NCBI GenBank assembly: GCA_041690355.1
Contig: JAWLHK010000024.1
Span: 1-64,000 of the forward strand
Direction of reading: 5' to 3'
Source of the DNA: a bacterium
GTDB taxonomy: Bacteria; J088; JAWLBW01
Length of the DNA stretch: 64,000 bases
Part shown: positions 56,706-64,000 of the stretch, piece after piece
How the letters are laid out: each line of letters starts with the position of its first letter
Numbering within the stretch: the first letter of the stretch is position 1
Notes under the pieces: generated by a model
Database searches by the model: none
The model's input: only the letters and a program-made list of their open reading frames with translations
What the model was told of the DNA's origin: nothing
Program-made: the position numbers and the translations under genes

Positions 56706-57368
56706 TCAGCGGGGCGTGACCAGGATGGGGACCGCATTGCGGAGCGGATCGTCGGTCCATACGGTAACCACCGCCATACCGGCGCCGGGTGCAGGCTTCC
56801 CCTGCACGCGGACCTGCCATCGCCCCTCGGCGACGCGACTCCACGACGCCGACAGCCACGGCTGCGGCACGGTCACGCCCGTCACCGAGGACGCACCGAA
56901 GTTGCGGCGGACCACAGTGGTCACGGGTTCGGTTCCGCCCAGGGCAACGCTGTCGGGGAGCGCTTCGAATACGGGAACGATGTTCACGAGGTAGCGCACG
57001 GTCAATGCGGGCGAGGTCGCGCCCTCTTCATAGAGGGCGATCGTGCGTTCGAGCGGTCCCGCTAGCCCCTGGGGGTCGAGCTGCACGGCCAGGTGTTGCA
57101 TGGCGCCCGGGGTGAAGCGCTTGTCCCGCAGCGAGGGGATGGAGCAGTGACATCCGGCCTCGATGCGGCCGATCACGACATCGCGGTCCGCCACGTTGCG
57201 GAGGGGAATGTAGAAGGTCGGCCGATCGGTTTCGTGTACGCGGCCCGCATGAAACGGCGCCTCCGGCTGCTCCAGGGGGCCCGCCGCAGCCGGCGCGGCC
57301 AGCGCGGCAGAGAACGCCAGACAGACGAGAACGATGTGTTTCCCTTTGCGGTCGGCGAGGTCCCGCAT
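56706..57368 (-). CDS. DUF1573-like Ig-fold secreted protein
   Basis: Signal peptide; N.....VVI..I.AGCHCS.P......PG. Confidence 0.75.
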   Translation of the reverse strand: MRDLADRKGKHIVLVCLAFSAALAAPAAAGPLEQPEAPFHAGRVHETDRPTFYIPLRNVADRDVVIGRIEAGCHCSIPSLRDKRFTPGAMQHLAVQLDPQGLAGPLERTIALYEEGATSPALTVRYLVNIVPVFEALPDSVALGGTEPVTTVVRRNFGASSVTGVTVPQPWLSASWSRVAEGRWQVRVQGKPAPGAGMAVVTVWTDDPLRNAVPILVTPR

Positions 57369-57375
57369 GAGCCGA

Positions 57376-57948
57376 TCACTTCCCCTTCTTCCGTTCCGGC
57401 GCCTTGGAGCCGAGTGCGGCATTGAGCGACTTGCGCACATGGTCCATCGGCGTCACGCCGATCAGCGGCGCGGCGGCAAGGTAGCCGTCCCGATCGAAAA
57501 TGAGCGAGACGGGAAACGCGCGGCGGAACTGGTAGGCCTCCCGAAGGAGCTCGAAGTTGAACCACTCTTCATCGAGCAGCATCTGGAAGTCGAGTTTGTG
57601 CGTCCGGGCCCAGGCGCTGGCGTCGTCCTGCGAGTTGCCGACGTTCATGTAGAGAAACTGTACGGGCTTGCCCGCATATTCCTTGCGCAGCTTCTTGATG
57701 TCGGGAATCTCGTCGACACAAGCCTTGCAGGGGATCGTGAACATGATCAACATCAGCGCCTTGCGCGATTCCGGCGGCACGAACGAATTCTCGCCCAGGA
57801 CCTCGCTCAGGTTGAACAGGTTCCCCTCCAGATCGACGGCGACGAGGTCGGGGGCCGGCTTGCCGCGGTCCTTTCCCGCCGCTTCGAGCGGCAGCGGAAT
57901 CAGGGCGAGTGCCGAAAAGAGGACCATAGAGGAAATCAGATGTTTCAT
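57376..57948 (-). CDS. TlpA-like redoxin/thioredoxin-fold protein
   Basis: Signal peptide, APDL...DLEG, CKAC (CxxC), AFP cis-Pro loop. Confidence 0.85.
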   Translation of the reverse strand: MKHLISSMVLFSALALIPLPLEAAGKDRGKPAPDLVAVDLEGNLFNLSEVLGENSFVPPESRKALMLIMFTIPCKACVDEIPDIKKLRKEYAGKPVQFLYMNVGNSQDDASAWARTHKLDFQMLLDEEWFNFELLREAYQFRRAFPVSLIFDRDGYLAAAPLIGVTPMDHVRKSLNAALGSKAPERKKGK

Positions 57949-59456
57949 CGCCGGCGGCCTCCTTGCAGCGGGTTCAGAACAGAGTGAAAGGCGGCATCGC
58001 AGCCGCTCATGGCCACGGCCTGGCGGATGGCGAGCGTCCGATTTCCGCCGGCTCCGGAGAGTGCCGACGAGCATTGCGGATCGTCGGAGCCGAGGCGCGA
58101 GAGCTCGCGCCCGTCGACCAGGGAGACGACCTGCATCCCGAATTCCCCTTCGAACGTATGGAGATTCGGGGTCAAGGCCGTGTCGACCGACGACTCGATC
58201 ACCGAGCGCACGGCGATGCCGAAGCCGCGGCGGCGCAGTTCGGCGTTCCCCTCGTTGCCGCGCAGGCCCTTTCGGCTTCCGCGCTCGATGCGCACATACC
58301 CGGCCTGCTGCACCGTCGCGGCCAGCCGGCTCTCGATGTCGGCCTTGAGTTCGGCGGGTAGCCCCCCTTCCACGGCGGAATCGTCGACGAGCACGACGAC
58401 CGGCAGGACCCGTTCACCGGGGACGACGTTTGCCGTCAGGCGCAAGGTCGGGGCCGCAATACCCGCAGCGGAGGCCGCCTCCCCGGCGATCGTGATGACA
58501 AAGCCGGCTTCGCCCTCGTACCCGCCGTCGTCCTCGAGCTGCACGATGCCGCGGCCTCGGCTATCGGTGCGCGCCTGCGCGACCACGCGGAGGCGCGGCT
58601 CCTCGGCGCGAACCTCGAAGGGAACGCCGGCGGCGGTGAGCAGACGGCCGCCCGCATCGCGAAACCCGACGACGAACTGCGGCGGCGAATCCGATTCCAC
58701 GCCGGCGGCCAGGACGAAGCGATCGCCCTCGCGGCGCACCTGGAGAGAAGACACCAGGCCGGCAAGGCGCCGGCGGGCATCTTCAACGGACTGCCGGAGT
58801 CCCGCGAGGCGCTCGGCCGGAAGCATGCCGTACTTCTCGAGAACCGTGGAGCGCTCCACGGCTTTCGCGTAGGCAACGAATGCCGAACCCACATCACCGC
58901 GCTTCAGCGCCGCACTGGCATGCGTCAGGTCGGCCCGGGCTTCGGACGCTTCGGCGTCGACGATCGCCCCGGTCGTGCGCTCGTAATCGGCGCGCGAAAA
59001 CGGAACGCGCACCCAGACGGTCTGAAAGCGCGCGCCATTCTCTTCGTACAGTTCCCAATAGGTTTCAAAGCGGCGCCGATCCAGCTGCAGCGTGTGCTGG
59101 CCGCCCAGCTTGAGCTCAACACGGATATCCTGGCGGCCCGTGCTGTCGGAGTCTTCCGTATACCGGCTGTCGACCTCGACGCCGAGCCAGTGCACGATGC
59201 CGTCAACGGCCTGCGCGGTTGCCTGCCGTACGGCCTCGTCTTCCGGTCCGTTCCAGATGGACGAGCGTACGCGAACATAGTTGCTGCGCCCGACGAAGTA
59301 CCCGTTCCCCTCCCCCTGCGCGGCTTCGATCCACGCCGGCCGTGGACCCGACCGTTCGAGAAGCGCGCCTCCTGCAGGCTTTCCCGTGTGCGCACAGGCA
59401 GCCAGAAGGAAAAATGCTCCCAGAGCACACGAATGATACAGGGCACGGATGGACAT
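57945..59456 (-). CDS. Hypothetical lipoprotein (LPP20-like N-terminus)
   Basis: Lipobox LAAC, RPAWI...YFVG.S, YWE. Confidence 0.7.
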   Translation of the reverse strand: MSIRALYHSCALGAFFLLAACAHTGKPAGGALLERSGPRPAWIEAAQGEGNGYFVGRSNYVRVRSSIWNGPEDEAVRQATAQAVDGIVHWLGVEVDSRYTEDSDSTGRQDIRVELKLGGQHTLQLDRRRFETYWELYEENGARFQTVWVRVPFSRADYERTTGAIVDAEASEARADLTHASAALKRGDVGSAFVAYAKAVERSTVLEKYGMLPAERLAGLRQSVEDARRRLAGLVSSLQVRREGDRFVLAAGVESDSPPQFVVGFRDAGGRLLTAAGVPFEVRAEEPRLRVVAQARTDSRGRGIVQLEDDGGYEGEAGFVITIAGEAASAAGIAAPTLRLTANVVPGERVLPVVVLVDDSAVEGGLPAELKADIESRLAATVQQAGYVRIERGSRKGLRGNEGNAELRRRGFGIAVRSVIESSVDTALTPNLHTFEGEFGMQVVSLVDGRELSRLGSDDPQCSSALSGAGGNRTLAIRQAVAMSGCDAAFHSVLNPLQGGRRR

Positions 59457-59657
59457 GTGGACCGCCTGACGTCAAAAAAAAGAGGCCGGAAGGACGGCGG
59501 AAAACGCTCCGCGGGGCTCGATTGCCCGGGAGGGAAACGGCGCCGAAGCCCTCGGTGAATCGAGGGAATTATAGCAGCGCAGCGGGGGTGTCGCAAAGCG
59601 AGCGTCCGGTATCCTTAACGCACGGATCGGGCCGCCGCATCAGCAGATTCGCACGGT

Positions 59658-60056
59658 CTACCGAGGTGGCCACATCTGTGCGCTCGTCCGGCGGATATTC
59701 TCGACGACCGCATCCATGCCGCACGCCGATTCGGCCGCCTGCGAACTCAGGATCGTTCCGGTCTTGAGGGACTTGACGCGCATGGTCAGCAGGCAGGTTG
59801 AACCGAGCTTTTCAAGTTCACCCTCGTTCATCAGGGCTGCATCACGAACAGACGCGTCGACGACCTTGAGTCCCGGCAGCGCGGAAAGCTCCTGCGCCAT
59901 CTCGTTCGTCAGCGCGCGGCGAAACGCCTCCAGGGCGGGGAGACCTTCGGTTATCTGAATGTCAAAGAAGAGAAGCGTCTTCGCCTTCTCCTGGGCCCCG
60001 GCGGGGGCCGCGGCGAGAATAACGGCCACGGCAATAAGCGATAATCGCAACAACAT
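59658..60056 (-). CDS. Small secreted protein, internally deleted paralog of the N-terminal domain of 60106-61734
   Basis: Signal peptide; TLLFFDIQ, RDAAL, EKLGSTC, KS.KTG shared with neighbour. Confidence 0.65.
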   Translation of the reverse strand: MLLRLSLIAVAVILAAAPAGAQEKAKTLLFFDIQITEGLPALEAFRRALTNEMAQELSALPGLKVVDASVRDAALMNEGELEKLGSTCLLTMRVKSLKTGTILSSQAAESACGMDAVVENIRRTSAQMWPPR

Positions 60057-60105
60057 GGATGCACCCGTCGACACGGCGACGCCCTCTCTCATACGCGCGT
60101 GAACT

Positions 60106-61734
60106 TCAGTATTGCCCGCCAAGCCGGAGGGCGACGAAGTAGGACGTGTTACCCCCGAAGTAATAAGCGCCGACGTCGGCTCCGAGCTGCGCATAGCGAA
60201 ACCAATCGAGGCCGAGGACGGCCCCGACGGCGAACGAAGTCTTCTTCTGGTACTCAGAAGCATCGCAAAACCACACTTCGATGTCGTTGCCCATGCATCT
60301 GTAAATCACGGTATCCGTGTAATCGATCAGCCCGAGACGCGCGGCTCCTCGATACCGCAGATTATTCCAGCCAAATCCGTTCAGGCCGCCTTGAAGCCCG
60401 TACCCAGAAACGCTGACATCATAGTGCATGGCGTCAAAGTACCAGCCGCCAGCAGAAAGGGACTTGTAACCGGCTTCGGCCTCGAACGATATGCTCCCGC
60501 CATCCGGCAGCCTCCGAGACCCGCCGGACTCCGTTCTTTCGACGCCGTCTTCGTTCTCAATCTTTCGAGTATGCTTTACCTGAAGCGACGTAGGCATGAG
60601 GGCCGCACCGAAATTCGCGGCGACCCACCAGGGGCGGGCTTCGGCAAGCGGGGCAACGATGGTCGTCGTCGAGAGAGGCATGGCAAAAACGCTCGTCACT
60701 TTCGGCCGCTGAAATCGCTTGTACACCTCGACATCGTGCCAACCCGGCCGGATCGAAAGCGTATCGGGCGTCCATCCGTCGCCGAAGAAATAGCTGCCAT
60801 CCAGGGCGATGCGTGCCCCGGGCGGATTCGATACGACTTTCAGCGTAGCACTCTTTTCAAAAAGGTCGCGGTACGATTCCTCGCCATACTGTTCCCGGAA
60901 GCGGGCTGCGAGCGCCGCCTTCTGGGGCGCGGCAGAATGGGAGCTCGTGACAATCTGGAGCAGCTGCTTGATCTCCGAACGCTTCCGGTTGGCGAGTTTC
61001 TGCCACTCGGCTGCGCGCGCCCGGCCCTGGCGGACATAGGGATTTCCGATGTCAGAGTGCGCGAAAACTCGCCACGCCTGAGCTGCACCGTCGGGGTCCC
61101 GATGGCCGATGGATTCACGTCCGATAGCGAGGTTCCAGGCCGCCAACGCCTCACCGCCGGTGATACCACGGCCCGAACTGAGATCAGACATCAGCGGCTG
61201 TATCGGCGCCAGTTTCGAGCCCGGCAGAGCCACCGGCGCAGCAATCGCCTGTGGCGGCGCATCAAGGGTACTCGCAACCCGGGAGGCTGCTCCACGGACG
61301 ACGTCGACCAGTGACTCGGGGTCACAGGTACTTTTCTCGTCAACCGCCGAGACGATGGCCCCCGTTTTCGTCGACTTGATGACCAGCGACAGGCCGCACT
61401 GCGAACCGAGCTTCTCAATCTGCGCCTCAGCCATCAGATTCACTCCGGGCAAGGCACGGGCCATGGCGAACCGGCATTCGGCTTTCGAGCAATCAGCAAG
61501 AGAGAACCGGCGCTGCAGCAGCAGGGCGTCGCGGGTCGCGCGATCCATCACCGTGACCGTTCCGCCGCGAGCCAGGGCATTTCCCATGGCGCTGGTAAGA
61601 AACCGCTCGGCCCCCCTGACGTCTTCCAAGGCAGAGTCCACCTGAATATCGAAAAAAACGAGCGTCTGTCTTTCGTTCGACTGGGCGAACGCAGTTGAGG
61701 CGAGCAGAAGAAGCGCACAGGAAAGAAAACGCAT
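60106..61734 (-). CDS. PEGA-domain exported protein with putative C-terminal beta-barrel
   Basis: Signal peptide; LKVVSNPPGA.I.LDG....G.TP PEGA motif; amphipathic strands ending in Y. Confidence 0.75.
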   Translation of the reverse strand: MRFLSCALLLLASTAFAQSNERQTLVFFDIQVDSALEDVRGAERFLTSAMGNALARGGTVTVMDRATRDALLLQRRFSLADCSKAECRFAMARALPGVNLMAEAQIEKLGSQCGLSLVIKSTKTGAIVSAVDEKSTCDPESLVDVVRGAASRVASTLDAPPQAIAAPVALPGSKLAPIQPLMSDLSSGRGITGGEALAAWNLAIGRESIGHRDPDGAAQAWRVFAHSDIGNPYVRQGRARAAEWQKLANRKRSEIKQLLQIVTSSHSAAPQKAALAARFREQYGEESYRDLFEKSATLKVVSNPPGARIALDGSYFFGDGWTPDTLSIRPGWHDVEVYKRFQRPKVTSVFAMPLSTTTIVAPLAEARPWWVAANFGAALMPTSLQVKHTRKIENEDGVERTESGGSRRLPDGGSISFEAEAGYKSLSAGGWYFDAMHYDVSVSGYGLQGGLNGFGWNNLRYRGAARLGLIDYTDTVIYRCMGNDIEVWFCDASEYQKKTSFAVGAVLGLDWFRYAQLGADVGAYYFGGNTSYFVALRLGGQY

Positions 61735-61905
61735 GTGGGGTACCAGATATATAGGATGCGACATTCTACCGGGTCGAGCGCACCTCAACAAAGCCGGCTC
61801 TCGGTGTTTTCAGACGTGACAAAGACTCGACGCCTTTCTGAAACGTTTTTGATTTAGGACAAGGCCCTTGGGTAGAGTGTTGGAAACCCGAACCCTGCGT
61901 TGCTC

Positions 61906-62712
61906 ATGTTCGAACAACACGCCGCGACCGACGACGAACTCTACGGCCGCGACCCGAAGCGCATCGACTTCGCCATCAAGTGGATCGAGCGGACGCTCGT
62001 CCCCTGGCACCGCGCCGAAGTGACCGGCGTGGAGCGAATCCCCGCGGGCAAAGGGCTCTATGTGGGGAACCACAGCGCGGGCTCGATGCTGCTCGACACG
62101 TACCTCGCCGGATGGGCCATCTACCGCCGGCGCGGCATCGAAGATATTCCCTACGCGCTCGCACACGACCTGATTCTCGACCTCCCCATCGCGCGCCAGC
62201 TCATGCGCCCCGTCGGCGCCGTGCGTGCGAACCATGAGAACGCGGCGCGTCTCTTTGCCGACGGCCACAAGCTGATCGTGTATCCGGGCGGCGAAGCCGA
62301 GACCTTCCGCAAATTCAGCGACCGCAACCGAATCCTGTTCGGCGGGCGCACCGGCTACGTCCGTCTTGCCCTGCGGCATGGCGTGCCGATCATCCCCGTC
62401 GTCGGCCAGGGGGCGCATGCGTCGTTCATGGTGCTGCACGACATGCCCGGCGTGGCCAGGGCGCTGCGCCTTGACCGGCTGCTGCGCGTGAAGACCTGGC
62501 CGCTCACGCTGAGCCTCCCCTGGGGGCTGACCCTCGGTCCCCCGCTGTTCTTTCTCCCCTTCCCCGTGAAGATCCGGGTGGAGTTTCTCGAGCCCATCCT
62601 TTTCGACCGTTCCGGCGAAGCGGCGGCGCGGGACGAGGCCTACGTGCGCGCCTGTGCCGACCGGGTGGAGGCGGAGATGCAGGCGGCGCTGACGCGACTG
62701 GCGGCACTCTAG
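61906..62712 (+). CDS. Lysophospholipid acyltransferase family protein
   Basis: VGNHSAG...D, VYPGG..E, G.VRLAL..GVPIIPV. Confidence 0.9.
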   Translation: MFEQHAATDDELYGRDPKRIDFAIKWIERTLVPWHRAEVTGVERIPAGKGLYVGNHSAGSMLLDTYLAGWAIYRRRGIEDIPYALAHDLILDLPIARQLMRPVGAVRANHENAARLFADGHKLIVYPGGEAETFRKFSDRNRILFGGRTGYVRLALRHGVPIIPVVGQGAHASFMVLHDMPGVARALRLDRLLRVKTWPLTLSLPWGLTLGPPLFFLPFPVKIRVEFLEPILFDRSGEAAARDEAYVRACADRVEAEMQAALTRLAAL

Positions 62713-62752
62713 TCGGCAGTCTTCAGTAGGCAATCTTCAGTCATCAGTCGGC
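62711..62752. repeat. Period-7 array (reverse-complement family of 55378 array)
   Basis: AGTCGGC AGTCTTC AGTAGGC AATCTTC AGTCATC AGTCGGC. Confidence 0.85.
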
Positions 62753-62905
62753 GGGCCGGATCCGTTCGTGTCGAGCCGACGTCCGGCAGCTGTGCGAACG
62801 GCGACGGCGAGACAGGCGCCCGGACAGCCATGCCCGTCCCCTCGCTGTCGCGCTCACTCTGTTACGCGCCGTCAGCTCGGGACGAACGGATTCAGCAGAC
62901 ACCAG

Positions 62906-63544
62906 TCATCGGTCGGTGACCCGCTTCCGTCCTCGTCGGGCATCGCCCCCCGCCAGCATCCCGTACCGCAGCGTGTCGCTCACGACGTCGACCATGGCCT
63001 CGAGACGCCTTCGGTCGGGAACATGCCCCGCCTGGAAGAGCGAGGCGAGACCGTGGAAGGCAGACCAGCTCGCGAACTTCAGATCGTCACGGCGGCCGCG
63101 GAGGAGCCCGGCGGCGATGCAATCGTCCAAGGGACCGTCGGCAATGTGGTTGAAGTCCTTCACGGCCGCCTGCAGCTCGGGGTTGTGCGGGCGATCGCCG
63201 GCGCGCCGATCAAACATCAGACGGTACAGCGCCGGCTCGTCGGCGGCGAAGGTCACGTAGGCGCGCGCCGTGGCCCGCAGCCGAAGCAGCAGATCGCGTT
63301 CTTCCTCCAGCGCCCGCACGTAGCGGTCGGCCAGTTGCCGGAATCCGGCGGCGCGAATGCAATCGAGGATGTCGGCCTTGTCGGCGAAATAGGAATACGG
63401 CGTCGAGCGGCTGACCCCTGAGGCCTGGGCAAGCGCGCGCATCGTGACACCCTCTTCACCCTGCTCTGCGAAGACACGCACGGCCAGCTGGGCAAACTGC
63501 ATCCGGAAAGACCGAATCTGCGAAGCGTCGAGCGGCAAGGTCAT
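62906..63544 (-). CDS. TetR/AcrR family regulator (WHG-type C-terminus)
   Basis: VTMRALAQASGVSRSTPYSYFADK HTH; YRLMF; WSAFHG. Confidence 0.93.
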   Translation of the reverse strand: MTLPLDASQIRSFRMQFAQLAVRVFAEQGEEGVTMRALAQASGVSRSTPYSYFADKADILDCIRAAGFRQLADRYVRALEEERDLLLRLRATARAYVTFAADEPALYRLMFDRRAGDRPHNPELQAAVKDFNHIADGPLDDCIAAGLLRGRRDDLKFASWSAFHGLASLFQAGHVPDRRRLEAMVDVVSDTLRYGMLAGGDARRGRKRVTDR

Positions 63545-63566
63545 GAAAGGAAGTGTACCAGAACGC

Positions 63567-63592
63567 TTGACAGCGTCAATTGACATTGTCAA
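63567..63592. promoter_or_regulatory. Tandem palindromic operator (probable TetR sites)
   Basis: TTGACAGCGTCAA immediately followed by TTGACATTGTCAA, between divergent genes. Confidence 0.75.
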
Positions 63593-63642
63593 AATGGCCG
63601 GAACGCTGTCCTGTTCCCCCTTCTGGAACCCGAGGTGCTCTC

Positions 63643-64000
63643 ATGCCTGCCGATCCGGTTTACCGATCCCCCGCCGCGCGGGACGCCGTGTTCGCTGCCT
63701 ATGACCGGGCGCTCGCGGCGTGGCCCGTGCCGTACGCGACCGTCCGGGTGCCCACGGCCTTCGGGCAGACCCACGTGGTGCTCTGCGGAGACGAGCATGC
63801 GCCGCCGCTCGTCCTGCTGCACGGGGGCGGCGGGAGCGCCATCGACTGGCGGTGGAACGTGGAGCCTCTCTCCCGCCGCTTCCGCCTGGTGCTCCCCGAT
63901 ATTCCGGGGGAACCGGGAAAGACCGCGGGGGCCCGCCCGGCGTACGCGTCGGGGAACCATGCGGCGTGGCTCGGGGAGGTTCTGCGGGAACTCGGGCTGG
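63643..64000 (+). CDS. Alpha/beta fold hydrolase (partial, runs off window; absent from ORF track)
   Basis: Translated by hand: MPADPVYRSPAARDAVFAAYD.AL..WPVP...VPTAFGQTHV..CG...APPLVLLHGGG; SD GAGGT. Confidence 0.88.
   Translation, partial: MPADPVYRSPAARDAVFAAYDRALAAWPVPYATVRVPTAFGQTHVVLCGDEHAPPLVLLHGGGGSAIDWRWNVEPLSRRFRLVLPDIPGEPGKTAGARPAYASGNHAAWLGEVLRELGL

Overview
GC-rich (~68% by eye) bacterial chromosomal window, most consistent with a deltaproteobacterial/Myxococcota-like lineage (alr-mlaE-mlaF-mlaD synteny, PDZ-type GspC, a MYXO-CTERM-like tail); the taxonomy is an inference. It holds about 55 CDS, including nadA, a stand-alone LigD polymerase domain, alr-mlaEFD, a TPR/barrel-FecR-lipoprotein operon, a deoxyhypusine/homospermidine synthase, a T2SS cluster gspCDEFGHIJK (no gspL/M) preceded by a second GspC-like gene, a surface GH84 and a tRNA-Cys. 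The most striking feature is a 7-gene respiratory operon (Rieske - cyt b/cyt c fusion - CoxII/cyt c - CoxI+III fusion - membrane protein - CtaG - cyt c) whose cofactor ligands are mostly intact but whose key catalytic and proton-handling residues are jointly non-canonical: Rieske CTDLSC (His ligand to Asp), cyt b Qo motif EEWW instead of PEWY, and the oxidase K-channel Lys replaced by Gln with rewired D-channel residues. Intergenic DNA carries about 20 sequence-diverse period-7 tandem arrays, and about 10 genes show a -10 hexamer 6-8 nt before the start codon (leaderless signature). No integrase, transposase or CRISPR array was found. All family assignments come from motif recognition by eye; no database searches were run.
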